This document shows, piece by piece, positions 12,985-26,390 of a DNA stretch of 64,000 bases. Under the pieces are notes generated by a model. It ran no database searches and was not told the DNA's origin. It was given only the letters and a program-made list of their open reading frames with translations. Origin of the DNA: Octopus vulgaris (lineage: Eukaryota). The number at the start of each line of letters is the position of its first letter. Positions within the stretch are counted from its first letter, which is position 1. Made by a program: the position numbers and the translations under genes. The stretch is taken from NCBI GenBank assembly GCA_951406725.2, contig OX597818.1, positions 42,904,001 through 42,968,000 of the forward strand. Reading direction: 5' to 3'.

Positions 12985-13205
12985 CCCTTTCCTTACCAAC
13001 CCGACTGAAACCGGCTCTGGCTCTGTAGTACAAATGCCTTGTTTTCATAAGTTTTGAATTAAAATCTTGCACCAAACCCTAGTCACAATTTATGTTCCTA
13101 ACACTAGCTGAATGATACTTAAGTTATATTACTAAATTCTTTGATATATTTAAAGTAATTGAAAGAAACACAAAGCATCTCAAAATAAATACAGTAACGA
13201 AAGGG
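12985..13205. mobile_element. piggyBac-type MITE (family P1)
   Basis: TTAA TSD at 12981-12984 and 13206-13209; TIRs ccctttccttac / gtaacgaaaggg (11/12). Confidence 0.85.
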
Positions 13206-13269
13206 TTAAGAATGTTTTAAATTATTTATTTCTTACATTTCTTTATTGTTTCCTTTATACATTTAATAA

Positions 13270-13618
13270 TTTGTTTGTCATTGCACTGTGGCCATACTGG
13301 GGGCCCTACTTGAAGGGTTTAGTCAAACAAATCAACCCCAGTACTTATCTTTTAAGTCTGATATTGATTCTGTCAGTCTCTTTTACCAAAACTACTACGT
13401 TATTGGGATGTAAACAAACTGTCACTGGTTGTCAAGTGAGGACACATGCACACGATGGATTTCTATGCAGTTTCCATCTACCACATTCACTCTTGAGGCA
13501 TTGGTTGGCCCAGAGCTCTAGTAGAAGACACTTGTCCAAGGTGCTATGCAGTGGGACAGAACCCAAAACCATGTGGTTGCAAAGCAAGCTTCTTAACTAC
13601 ACAACCATGTCTGTACCT
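13270..13618 (-). mobile_element. Family A SINE, diverged
   Basis: gtggccatactggg..tagaagacacttgtccaagg..accatgtggttgc. Confidence 0.75.
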
Positions 13619-13737
13619 AAAATTAACTTCCATTCAGATGCTGGGATTTGAACCCAGGCCACTTGGATGAAAGTCAGGAATCTTATCTGATAATCTAACA
13701 CTAAATGAAATAAAATCCAGATCAGACCTAAGATTTG

Positions 13738-13740
<3 letters not shown>

Positions 13741-13783
<43 letters not shown>
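13741..13783. repeat. (TA)n microsatellite
   Basis: Directly visible. Confidence 0.95.
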
Positions 13784-13785
<2 letters not shown>

Positions 13786-15059
13786 TAATGTAGTCTGTTA
13801 AATTTAAATATCTTTGTAGTAAAACAGTTTGATATATCTGTATGATAATCTCTAACTAATAAATTAGTTTCTCAGACATTTTTGTTTTCTTTTTGGGAAG
13901 AGTATGCACTGAACATTGCCCTAAACTTTCTTTTTTCTATCCAGAGGTAATTCAGTTATTTTATACTTTATTTATGATCTTATCAAATTTAGTCTTGATA
14001 TCTTCTTTTTTTCACTTGATATCAATCTAATGTGCTTTACATCTTTATTAGATCTGTTGATGAGAAAAATGATTCTATCAAAGGTGATGTTACTATTTTA
14101 ATGTATTTGGATTTTGTGTACATTGGCATAGCTATTTTTTTCTAACTGGAGTCTTGATATTTTCAAATTATATGAAATATGTAAACAATATTAACTATTT
14201 TTTAAGACACCTAAGAGATTTTGAAATAGGGAAAGTTTAGCAATTAAATTTTTATGACAAATTCTATTGAAAGCTTTTTATTTACATAAAATACAATTTA
14301 AAACAGTAAAACTAAAAACATTCTGTCATTCAAATAAATGTTAAAAGGAAGAATTACTCAATCATAGAAAAGAATTTAAGGAGAATTTGAAAACTTTCAT
14401 GAAACTGAAGCGACTGGATTTCATATTAAAAAGAAAAGAAATAGGTTTACACTTGCAGGTATTTTGGTAAAGTAAAACAAAACAATTCTTCTAGAGAACA
14501 GAATCATATTTTCTCATATCAGAGTAAAGTGAGAAGATAAGGTTTTTAAAAAGCTTATCTTCTTTTTACACCCCCTATTCTAATAGTTGATGTTATGCTA
14601 AGGTTAACATTATAGCCAGCCAATAATACATGCTTAACTTTATTTTGTGCTTATTAGATATTGTATATGGAATTCATCCAAAGCTCTTTTAGTTATGATA
14701 GTCAGTTGTTTTCTTTTTATCCTTCCTCCCTGCACTCTTTGTCTAGAATTGTTGATACATCTTCAGAAATTTTTTCGTTTCATATTATTATACAAAACAG
14801 AACTGCAAAAGTACCTCCAGCCTTATTCTGTCACTAACTTTTATTGTTATAAACAAAAAGAATTGAATACAGACTAATTTTTAAATGCTAGGACACCCCT
14901 GTCGGGCTTTGTTCAGATTAATCTTATATATTACTTTGTGGTGTAATGAATTGTCGAACATACATTTCTGGAGTTATGTCATGCATGTTTGATAATTTAG
15001 TTTGATTCAGAGCTTAACTAGGACATGGTTTGAGTTTGTGATACTTCAGCGTTTTGAAA

Positions 15060-15680
15060 ATGAATTTGCATCTCTTTTAAATATTTAGTTGGAGGATTAG
15101 GTTGCCTGCAAGCACCAGTGACTTTTGCAGCTTCTTTCAGACTGATGAGATTGATGTGGTTAATGTTTCCTTTTGGACTTTACAGTATGGTGTATGTTGG
15201 AAAAGTGTTGGTACTATCTGAACTTCAGAATGATTGAGCATGGTGTTTAATATAGGGTCTATAGTTTAGTATTGTGGTAGGTGAAACATAGAAGCTTAGT
15301 GTCTGGGGTGTGAGAGATCATCAGAGATTTATGAAAACTAATATTTGCTATGACTTTAAGGGTTTCAACTATGACTTTAAGGGTTATTCATGCTTTAGGG
15401 TGGTGTTGTGCAAGTTAGTTTCCGTTATATGTGTAGTAATGATATTTTGAGTTGTTGAAGGAGACTGTCCTTATTGGGAGATGTTTTTGAGATTTTATTC
15501 AAGTGCACTATTTGGTATGGGGTGTAGGTTGATGATACCTTTCAGAAAGAACGAAGGGTGGTATCATCTGTGTAGGCTGTGTGTGGGGGTTAGAATGTAA
15601 TATCAAGCTGAGTGTTTATCTAAAGAAAGATGGGCATGGGAAAAATAGGTGAACTTTGAGGTTCACCTGAGTCTGCCATA
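15060..15680 (-). mobile_element. Degenerate CR1/L2-like LINE reverse-transcriptase relic
   Basis: Minus frame EPQSSPIFPMPIFL*INTQLDITF*PPHTAYTDDTTL corresponds to the RT PQGS...IND...YADD motifs; many stops. Confidence 0.65.
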
Positions 15681-15944
15681 AATAAATTGAATATTAAGAT
15701 TGAGAAATATAATATTCATTTACTTATATTTTATATTGCAATTTATGACCAAATATACTGTTGCTAAGAGGTTCCCAACTGGCCAATCATTGATTCACTG
15801 ACCATTCTGATGAGTCTGTGAATTGGGTGCAGAACAAATATAGATAGGATACTTTCTTGCTGTATTTACATCCTTTTGCCAAAAGATTTACTCATACACT
15901 ATATATAATATAGAGGGCTTCTGCACAGTTTCCACATACTAGAC

Positions 15945-16021
15945 TTTGCACTTCTTTCTAAACAAAGACCCCAAAAACATCAATGAGGTCAGTCTCCTTC
16001 AACAGCATGAAGATGTAATTA

Positions 16022-16088
<67 letters not shown>

Positions 16089-16375
16089 CCTAAAGATTGA
16101 ACAACACATTTAAAACACTTAAAATCATAGCAAATGTTACCTCACATTTCTCTAATGATTGCTTACATTACCAATATTGAGCTTCTTCTCTAAGTCTCAT
16201 TCATGAGCCCCTATACTAAACACTTCATATGGAACCAAAATTTGTCTTATATACACTGCTTGTTCAAACAGAACATTAACCACATTAATACTGCGAGTCT
16301 GAAAGAACCTGCAAAAGTCATAGATGACGCCTACTCACCTCCTTCAGCTAAATGTTTTTTAAAAAATGTAAGACA
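15945..16375 (+). mobile_element. Second copy of the same CR1/L2-like relic, inverted, containing a (CA)n tract at 16023-16084
   Basis: aacattaaccacattaat..agtctgaaagaacctgcaaaagtca matches the reverse complement of about 15118-15170. Confidence 0.6.
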
Positions 16376-17784
16376 TTGATCAATTCAAGGCATTGATAGA
16401 AAGCACTTGGCTAAAATGTGCAGTGGGATTGAAGTTGAACCATGTAGTTTATGAAGCAAATTTCCTAACCAGACAACCATTAAATTTTGATTGCTTAAAT
16501 TTTGATTGTTAAAACCATAATAGTGGTTATGTAGATAACTACAAAAAGGGAATTTGGATGAAACAACATCAAAGGAAAAAGCTTTAAATTTCTATTTCTT
16601 AGGAAAATGCTTGGAATGCTTATAAATATCTGCTGCTGGAATCTATTAAAGAGCAAGATTGTAAATTTCAATGTGTATATACATACATGCATACATACGA
16701 AATGTGAGTGTACATATGTATACATATATGTACATATGTTATGTATGTATGAATGAATAAACAAACCTAGCTATGTCTTTAGAAAACTATCAGTTTAATT
16801 GCTTAATTAATGAACAATTTCACAGCAAATATTTTTCAAATTGTTTCAGATTGGGACATTATGTTCATAATTTAAACCTGCCTTGATTAAAAATAATTTT
16901 TTAATCAAGAACTTTGCTTGTTCAAAACTAGTCTTACTGTGAGAATAATAAAAAAAAAAAGGGGTTTTCTAACAGATTTTTAAAGAAATATTTTCCTTTG
17001 TTTGTAAATATTCTAATTAGTTATTAATTACATCTGTGTATATATTAATTAAGATACCCTGAATTTGTATTGTAAGTCAGCAAGTTTGGTAAATTCTTTG
17101 TAAATCAGAAATCTTTCATTGCATTAAACTTGGAGAATTTTAATAAAATATTGTTGGTTTTACTGCATAGATGCAATAATTAGTTACTAAAAAATTTTCC
17201 CATTTATTTATCACTGTTAATATTTTAATTATGCAGAGGTAGGATGTGGTAGGGATTAGATATGGTAGGGTACAGGTCTAAAAAAATGCTTGCAGTATGC
17301 TTTGCCAATGAGGTCAGAATGATATAGAAACATGTCGAGAGTTATCTTCCATACTCTTAAAAAATATTGATATTAATCTTTGACTAATTGCTTTTTCCTT
17401 GATTCATAATTGTTTCTAATTAACTCTTTTTAATGTTTCCTACATTAATTATGTTAACATTGATTTAATTAGCAGTATTTAGTTTCATTCTGAGCTCAAA
17501 TCTCAGTTATTTTCACTTTCTATCCTGAGCATCATTAATATATTGAGGTTTATTTACTTGTCCATATCTCATTTGTACATATTTGTCATCTTATGCCAAA
17601 GTTATGAATCAATATCTTAAATCATTGCCATCATCCTTGTCATTTTTACATCCATCTCTCTCAAGTTTTTTGAAGTAAAGTATCCCAGCTGGTCTTTATG
17701 ACATTAAACCACTAAAACTGCGTGCATATTGTGTATGTGGGCTACAGCTGCCCATGAGAAAACACACACACACACATTTTCATG

Positions 17785-18125
17785 TCATCATCATTTAATA
17801 TCCATGTTGGCATGATTTGGGTGGTTTGACAGGATTTTATGGGCCCAAGAACTGCATTGTGCTCCTGTCTCTGCTTTGCTATGGTTCCTCTGGCTGGATA
17901 CCGTTTCTAATGCCAACCACATCACAGTGTGCGCTTGGTGCTTTTTTTTCCCCCATACCACCAGCACTAGTGAGGTTACCATGCTTCCAGCCAGCAAATT
18001 TCACTTACAAAACCGTCGGTTGGTTCAAGATTTTGATAGAAACCACTTGCTCAAGATGTCTTTGAATAGGATTAAACCTGAAACCATGTATTTGCAAGGC
18101 AAACTTCTTAACCACATAACCATGT
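17785..18125 (-). mobile_element. Family B/D composite repeat, diverged
   Basis: catcatcatttaatatccatgttggcatg tail and cctgaaaccatgt..aaacttcttaaccac head. Confidence 0.6.
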
Positions 18126-18138
18126 GTGTGTGCATGTG

Positions 18139-18177
<39 letters not shown>

Positions 18178-18852
18178 TTTCCTATGGTGCCATTAATATT
18201 GTCACCTCTTCCCACTTTGTCTCATACTTTTGTAATTGTTTTTAGGACTATATTTTGCCTATCTGAAAAATAAAATGAAATAACAAAACAATGCCTATAC
18301 ATGCCGTTTAGTGATATTAGGTTATATAAACCTGATATTTTAATTATTTATATATACATATTTTAAAAGAGAAGTGGGAGAGTGAGTATACACATTAGAA
18401 AGAAATAGTTAGTAGTACCATTTTACTAATATCAAATTTCATGAATTCCTTAGGGTGAAGAATTTGACATAAATATTGAAGTACTGGGCTTAATTGATTT
18501 GTGATATACAATTTCTTTTTATGTTTCTTGGAACAATTTTACCAATCAGTAAAGTAACAGGGTGCATACCATAGTTTATATATCCTCCTATTATAAAAAA
18601 ACCTTGCACCCTACCACAGAGAATAAATTTTCTTTAACTTATTACATTGTTATAATTCATGCTAATCTTAAATATTTTATGTGTTTGTATATCTATAGCT
18701 CTCCTTTTTACTTTGTCACTATTGTCTTATTGCCATTTCTAAAGACAGAAGGGTTCTGCGTGTATATCTGTACAAACTTTCTCTTGAGTTTTTGCTTTAT
18801 CGAATAATTCTGATTGACAAATATTTTATTTTTAGTTTCAAATTTGTTTTTG

Positions 18853-18949
18853 TTGGAGCCTGGTGCAGCTCATCTGGCTCGCCAACCCTCAGTCAAAATC
18901 GTCCAACCCATGCTAGCATGGAAAGTGGACATTAAACGATGATGATGAT
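18853..18949 (+). mobile_element. Family B 3' fragment
   Basis: ttggagcctggtgcagc..ccaacccatgctagcatggaaagtggacattaaacgatgatgatg. Confidence 0.8.
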
Positions 18950-19780
18950 TTCTAATTTTCTCTTTTCCCATTAATTCAGTGAAAGCCATGTCACCTGTAT
19001 CTACTAACTTTGCTAGTGAATAAAGCCATGAAAGCACTTAGTTAATTTTAGGTTTTCCACTCAGTTATTTATCTATGAATATTTTGGTTATATTTTAGAT
19101 AGCTGTTGTGCCTTGTAATTCTTTATCTTGGCTAAAAGAACTACTGTGTTTATGTTTGCATTTTCCTAACATTGTTTTGTTATTTTATTTTATTTTATCT
19201 TATTTTATATTTTTGATTTTAACCAAATACTATGGAAGCCACTTTTTTTTTATCACTTTAGGATTAAGCCTTGTAGATAACAATAACTGGCTAATAAGAT
19301 TAAGTAGAAGGTCTAACAAATTTCTGAGCATATTTGAGATACACTAATTTGGATAACATTAACTGTTTGATAGTATTATCCAGGATTATACTAAGCATCT
19401 TCCACTATAGTAGAATCTAGCATCATTTGTACCTTCTCAGGTTTCCCTTTTAATGATTTAGCACTTTCTTCAATATCTAATTATAATACAATAGATTTGA
19501 CTATTATTCCACAGGTTATTCTTCATTCTTTTAAGATATTTTAGATTTTTAAAGTCTTTTTTCTTAAATTCAAAGTTGTATCTAATATGGAAGGAATTCT
19601 TGTGTTTAGTGTATTACTTTCCCAGTTAATACTCTGTAATCTAAGATGTATTGTCCAAACATTATTTCATTGACTTAATCCAATAAAATGTTTTCATGTC
19701 ATAATTTATAAATCTTTATACTTTAAAAAGTATCTACAACTTATGCTATTAATTTGATATATATATTTTAAACTTAGAAT

Positions 19781-20174
19781 ACTCTTTACTCTTTTACTTG
19801 TTTCAGTCATTTGACTGTGGCCATGCTGGAGCACCACCTTTTAGTCGAGCAAATCGACCCCAGGACTTATTCTTTGTAAGCCTAGTACTTGTTCTATTGA
19901 TCTCTTTTGCTGAACCGCTAAGTTACAGGGACGTAAACACACCAGCATCAGTCAAGCGATGTTGGGGGGACAAACACAGACACACAAACATATACACACA
20001 CACACATATATATACATATATACGATGGGCTTCTTTCAGTTTCCGTCTACCAAATCCACTCACAAGGCTTTGGTCGGCCCGAGGCTATAGTAGAAGACAC
20101 TTGCCCAAGGTGCCACGCAGTGGGACTGAACCTGGAACCATGTGGTTCGTAAGCAAGCTACTTACCACACAGCC
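19781..20174 (-). mobile_element. Family A SINE, full length
   Basis: Close match to the other family A copies. Confidence 0.9.
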
Positions 20175-20969
20175 TACTAGCACATCAGTAAAAATATGAA
20201 ATTTTCCATATCATAAATACCTTGTGGCATTGTAGTCTTTACACACACATATGTAAACATATGTATGGTATATATACTGTTATATATATATATGGCTTAA
20301 AATTAACTTGTTTGCTTTTCTGTGACTAGTTTGCAGTAGCTGCTGTTTCTTTGCTATGACCATTCTTATATTACTACACCAAAGCCTTATGCAAGTTACC
20401 ATACTGCTTCTTACGAAAGTTTTCGCTGGAACAGTGTCAACTATTCATTTGTATGTACTTCTTAACAGTAAAAAGTGACAAAATGCTGGCTGGTTGTATG
20501 TTTCAGCTTTTCCACATTAGTAGAATTCCTCAGAGTAAGCTAAAAGTATCTGTCTAGTTGTGATGTTTGAACTAGATTTTATCACAAAGCTTACTGCTAA
20601 ATGTTGATAATTTTATCTTGATATGTGTAGTAATTGATTACACATGTGGTGACTTTGTGGGTAGTTATGCATGTGAAGCACTTCTACGGACAATATAATT
20701 TTTATTCATTTAGAAACTATAGCTTTACTTGTTGATTATTATAGTCTTATTCAAGTGTTATTGTTAAAAAATGTTAGTATTTTTATTTTAGTAAAGTTAT
20801 AATAAGGGATGGTGCTATTTCTAGATTATTGTTGATAATATGACAACAAGCATTTTAATGTTATTAAATATTACTGAGGTGACTTAATTTTGATTCTTGG
20901 ATATATTTTGAGTATTTTGTTTTATATTAAATTGATTTCATGTTTTCTCATGCTGATGTCTTGCAAACA

Positions 20970-21300
20970 ACTTGTACATGCAAGTGCTACCAGTCAAAAA
21001 CTCTGCATACCGGAAGCCAGCAAGTGTATGGGGTTATCACGAGAGAATGCGTGCCATTTCAGGACCTACATTTTGACGGCATCAATGCACACCGGCCCCA
21101 CTCACTGATATGAGGCCCCCCCGCTTGCTAGATCAGCTGGTTATCAAATAAAGCTCAATATTCTTTCAGCCATCGCTCATTGTCTCTTTTTAACCAAATC
21201 CGGTGGCTAGCCTTCTCCACTGTAGTTTGGATATCGGTCATATCGGTCATGGTTGGATATCGGTCATGGACCTTACGATGAGTTAGGCCTAATGATAACA
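20970..21300 (+). mobile_element. Unassigned GC-richer insert, possibly a solo LTR or LTR fragment
   Basis: CpG-containing island in AT-rich context, AATAAA followed by T-rich tract, ends ...aaca; no clear TSD. Confidence 0.3.
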
Positions 21301-21387
21301 ACAGTCATCTCACATGCTGTCTAATAATCCAGTACCTTCTCCTGGTGTTTTGACCAGTACCCCTTACAAGCTGCTAGCTGTGCATTA

Positions 21388-21613
21388 TTAACCCTTTTAT
21401 GACAATATTTCTGTTGAAATACACTGCCTCTCTTTCAATTAATTTTGAAAACAATAAAGAAATTTGTAAAAATGACTTTGTCATTATTATTCTGGTGTTT
21501 GGTACATAAATTATCATAAAATGTTGAAGGTTTAATTTAGATCAATTTAAAACATGGCACTTGTATCATAGAACCAAGGGTGTTTTCAGGCTGGTTGGTA
21601 TCAAAAGAGTTAA
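21388..21613. mobile_element. piggyBac-type MITE (P1), diverged and inverted relative to 12985
   Basis: ttaacccttt ... aaaagagttaa ends; internal similarity to the reverse complement of 12985-13205. Confidence 0.7.
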
Positions 21614-22849
21614 ATTACAATACTTTTCTTATTTATAAAATGACATAAAGAAGACTGGCATAGCTGTGTGGTTAAGAAGATTGACCAGCATCTACATGGT
21701 TTCAGGTTTGATTCATTATGTGGCACCTTGGCCAGGCAACTTTTTACCATAGCTTTGTGTTAAAGCCTTGCAAGTGAAATTTAGTAGGCTGGAACTGTGT
21801 AAAATCTCCTCTTGAGTTATAAACTTAAACCAGCAACTGAGTCTTGATTATCTTGGAGTGGAGTTCACTATGTTGCAAGTATTCAGGCCTGGTCTTTGAT
21901 ATGAGAATATCCAACCAGTTTTGAATGCTCTGAAAAGTCTTTCAGTCTCTTAACCATTAAGAAACAAAGTGTATTCTTAATCAGTGAATTACATTTGTTT
22001 TATTACTTATGACATTTTTGGCCTTTTGTTATGGATTATATCCCTCATTGATAGTGTCATTCTAAATTTGACAGGATTACAAAATATAACAATATATTTG
22101 TATTTTATTATTCAAAATACTGAAGTGATTTTTAAGATTATGAACTTAACATATTACATTACATATCTATTATTGAACTACATTATTAAGAAATTAACAT
22201 AATAAAAAGGTTAACCATTGCATCAGAAAACAACCCACAGCATAAGAGAGACTTTTTGTGGTCACCTGATCTGCAAGATATAACAGTCAAATCTTCCTCT
22301 CACTTTCTACTTTCTTAGATAAACAATGATTCTTTGGTGTAGAAATACATTTGATGATTACTGCTAGAATACTTTTGATTATAGAATTGTTTGATTAGAG
22401 CTAATATGGAGTTAAACAGCAACAGGTTTAGTCTAAATGTTCATGAGCTGGATATGGCTTGTTTGTCAAAAGATATATATTCCAACTGTTTAACTGGAGA
22501 AATGATGTGCAATTTTTACAAGCGGATATATAACAAAGTATTACTTTAAAAAAAAATTGAATTTTACTTTCAGTTTAAATATCCTGTTACTATGTTTGAT
22601 TCGACTTTGTAAACTAATACACATTCTACTGGCAGGAGGAATTAAATGTGAACATAAATTCTAATGTCATATCTTGACTGAATATACAAATGACACAAGT
22701 TGCATTATGGGGACCTCAATTCTAAAATTAGACACACGTCTGTGTGCGTGCACACACACACTGTTTGGTAGAACAAACAAGATAAATAAAAATTCAATAT
22801 ATGAGTACATACATTTCAATTTTAATTGTCAGAAAACTACAAAAGTGTG

Positions 22850-23200
22850 TCATCATCCGTCATCGCCATCATCTAAAGTCCGTTTTCCTTGTTGGCATGG
22901 ATTGGACAATTTGAAAGGATCAGGCCAGCTGCAAGGCTATACCTAGTTCTGTGTTAACTTTGGCATGTTATCTATGGCTGGATGCCCTTCCTAATGCCAA
23001 CTACCTTACAGTGTGTATAGGTGCTATTTTTTTGTGCTACTGGCATTAGTGATGTTGCCAAGGAAGTTGAAGGGCAGAAAAAAGCAAGTGGGTAGCTTTA
23101 TACCAGATGCTGAGAGGAAAAAAGCTTTATGCCAGGTGCTGAGAGGAAAAAGATAGTGACAAGAACAGGTGTCTTGCCACAGAGAAAATAAAGATGAAAG
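22850..23200 (-). mobile_element. Family B repeat, diverged
   Basis: gtccgttttccttgttggcatgg..ggctggatgcccttcctaatgccaac. Confidence 0.7.
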
Positions 23201-23539
23201 AAGGTAGTGTGTGCCAGTGTGTTAGAGAAAACTCTCAAGATAGGTGAGCATAAGAAAGGATGCAATCTGGATTTGGGGTTGTAGAGGGGTTAGTTTCATA
23301 AAATTGTGAGTGGAGAGTAACAAGTGGTTAGAGAAGTGAGCAGAGGTGGATGTATTGAATGATGTGCAAAAGTGGAGGTGCATTTGGTGGGAAATTTCAG
23401 CGTGGAGAAGGATTAAGGTGAGAAATAGCAGGACTCAGGAAGGACACACAGATGTATTTGTATTTACACTTACACATAAGGCATGTGTATATATGTATGC
23501 ATGTGTCTGTATGTACACATAGATTCCATTTGTGTGTGT

Positions 23540-23581
<42 letters not shown>

Positions 23582-23604
23582 CGGTTAAAGCTGGAGGGGG
23601 AGGC

Positions 23605-23840
23605 AGTGATTATGTGAAGAGATTGGTGCAGTTCATGTTCTGTTTAAATGGTTGTAAGTTGACAGGAAAGATATTTGCTGGGTGGTAATTCTAGAGGGCT
23701 AACATTCTGAGGAGGAACAATTAAGCATAGAGATTGGTGAGGTACCTAGAGATTGGATACATGGAGAAAGAAAAACAAGTGGCACTCCAACCTGCTCCAG
23801 GAGGTAGCAGCCACTGTAGAAGCAACCAAACCCTGGGACA
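23605..23840 (-). mobile_element. CR1/L2-like LINE ORF2 C-terminal relic
   Basis: Minus frame ..TNLYA*LFLLRMLAL*NYHPANIFPVNLQPFKQNMNCTNL resembles the FFPRT..LWN.LP..FK ending of CR1/L2 ORF2. Confidence 0.55.
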
Positions 23841-23861
23841 TACCAATGTTGATTGTGAGTA

Positions 23862-23864
<3 letters not shown>

Positions 23865-23915
<51 letters not shown>
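23865..23915. repeat. (GA)n microsatellite
   Basis: Directly visible. Confidence 0.95.
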
Positions 23916-23916
<1 letters not shown>

Positions 23917-23982
23917 ATGCTTTCCATCAGCACAATCTACAATAGGGCATCTTGATAGAAGAGTTAAAAGATGAGGATGATG

Positions 23983-24026
<44 letters not shown>

Positions 24027-24156
24027 TCCAACCTATCCCAGCATGGGCAACGGACATTAAATGATAATGATATATGTATCATCATCCTCATCTTTTATGT
24101 ATATGTGTGTGTATATATATGTGCTAGCATGGAAAGCGGACGTTAAACGATGATGA

Positions 24157-24420
24157 TATATGTATATGTATGTATATATATGTATATGTATGTATGTATA
24201 TGTATGTATATGTATATGTATGTATGTATATGTATGTATGTATATATATGTGTATATATATATATATATGTATATGCATGTATGTATATATATATATATA
24301 TATATGTATATGCATGTATGTATATATATATATATATATATGTATATGCATGTGTATATATATATATGTGTGTATATATATATATATATGTGTATATATA
24401 TGTATATATATATATATATA
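24157..24420. repeat. Compound (TA/TG/TATG)n microsatellite with higher-order units
   Basis: Recurring tgtatatgcatgt..(ta)n units; source of the spurious YI/MY ORFs. Confidence 0.9.
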
Positions 24421-24439
24421 TTTACACTTACACATACAC

Positions 24440-24633
24440 ATGCCGGTGGCACGTAAAAAGCACCCACTACACTCTCGGAGTGGTTGGCATTAGGAAGGGC
24501 ATCCAGCTGTAGAAACTCTGCCAGATCAAGATTGGAGCCTGGTGCAGCCGTCTGGCTCACCAGCCCTCAGTCAAAATCGTCCAACCCATGCTAGCATGGA
24601 AAGTGGACGTTAAATGATGATGATGATGATGAT
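24440..24633 (+). mobile_element. Family B repeat, young
   Basis: gccggtggcacgtaaaaagcaccc..ggacgttaaa(tga)n. Confidence 0.9.
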
Positions 24634-25503
24634 ATATATATATATACACACACACATCATAAAGGAACCGTTTAGCAAAGAAGAAACTAAATTCTTGGAC
24701 ATGAGAGGAAGCCACCACTGCTGTTTACACACACTCATATAAATGTAATATTAACTTATAATATGTCTCTGTCATATCTCCTCTTGCACTTGTTTCACCC
24801 TCATTTCACTCTCTGCTTTTCATTTTCTTTATTCTCCCATGCTAGCTTTTTCTCTTGCCTTTTCATACTTTTTTTCCCTCTTTTTCTGTCAGCTGTCCAT
24901 GCCCACTTTGAGGTGATGGAGGAGATCTACATGATAGTGAAAATAGGCCTCTTTATTAATGGGTAATAAGCAGAAGGAAAGTGATAAACATGTAGGATTA
25001 AACAAAATACTCAGCCTTCATTAGTGATCTAACACTTCATTAAGAGATGACACAGTTCATTTTATATAAAATATATATGTATATCAGCTTATGCTTGTTG
25101 TAGGTCATCTGTTGACAAAATATATATAGATCTGTATATGTATGCGTGGGTGAATGGTATCTGTTAACATAAGTGTATTTGTGCTTTTGTATGGCATGTA
25201 ATCTCTTGACAGATTGTATAGTTTCCTATTTATGTGTATGTATGTGCAATATGATTTGTTTACCTACACTGTCTTTCTCTCTCATCAATTCTCATTACTA
25301 CACTCTTAACTTCCTTTAGTGGAAAAGTTAGTTTTCACACTTTGTCTTTCTGTCAACTTTTTTCTTGTCTTTCTCTTACTCCCTCCCCCCTTTTACCACT
25401 ATAGTTGCACATTAATTGTAAGCTTTTTCAATTGGTTTCTGGTGGGACACACAGACATACTACAAATTTATGTTGATACTATTTCTACTTTTGAAACAGT
25501 GTT

Positions 25504-25722
25504 TTAACCCTTTAGCATTCAGATTGCTCTCTCTCAAATGTAATGCTTATTTACATTGTTTTGAATTAATCATAGCTTATTTCGTTGCTTCAATATTTCA
25601 ATTGTGTGATTGTTTATTTTGTGATTTTCAAATGACTTTGTAGGGTAGGCGTAAGAGGCTAGACTTGGCCACTTTGAACATAAAACAGTTAGAATATTTG
25701 AGCCAGATATGGCCAGTTTAAA
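25504..25722. mobile_element. piggyBac-type MITE (family P2), right end lost
   Basis: ttaaccctttagcattcagatt left end; colinear with 54488-55116. Confidence 0.7.
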
Positions 25723-26390
25723 ATTTTCTTTAGATTTCACTTACACATCTTTATTTTCATAGGTTTTACTGCTTTTCTACATTAGGTCTCTAATGTAATT
25801 TAATCCTGTTAGTTTGTTCCTGCTGTTAGAATTAAAAAAATAAATAGAAAATATAAGCTCTATACTTATTTACCAATCTAAATGTTGCCTAATTAACAAA
25901 AATATACAAGTGTCCACGAATATGAAGAAACATTAATTAACCCAATTTATTTTTACTTGTTTGTTTTTTTCTTTTTTTCTTTTCTTTATAATTATCCTTT
26001 GGAATTTATTTTGAGTTTAGCTCTTAGCCTATTTAGTTTCACTGTTTACTCTGATATGCTTTCGAAAGATTCATATAAAAACTGACTTGTTAAGCAGGTT
26101 TAAAGTTTTTTCTTTCACTATGCCTCAAACTAAAGATCCGTCACTATCTTTAAAACAAGGAATCATTTCATTGAGGCTGATCAGGTAGTTTGCGGCTGCT
26201 GCAAAGAAGCAGACATGTAACAGAGAACCATATCAGTTTGCAAGAAACTTATACAAAATTTTTCTGCATCTGAGTAGTTACTAATATGTTGTAATTAAGT
26301 AAAATCAACTTCATTTGTAACATTTCGGACACATTGTACGAAATTAGATTAGATTACATGGTTTGTGCATGTATCTATTTACATTATTTA

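Noticed and set aside
19798-20199. 133-aa ORF and relatives (12154, 13271, 26699, 37318, 41873)
   Set aside because: Entirely within family A SINEs
24057-24560. Overlapping 100-167 aa YI/MY-rich ORFs (also 50977-51271)
   Set aside because: Translations of (TA/TG)n microsatellites
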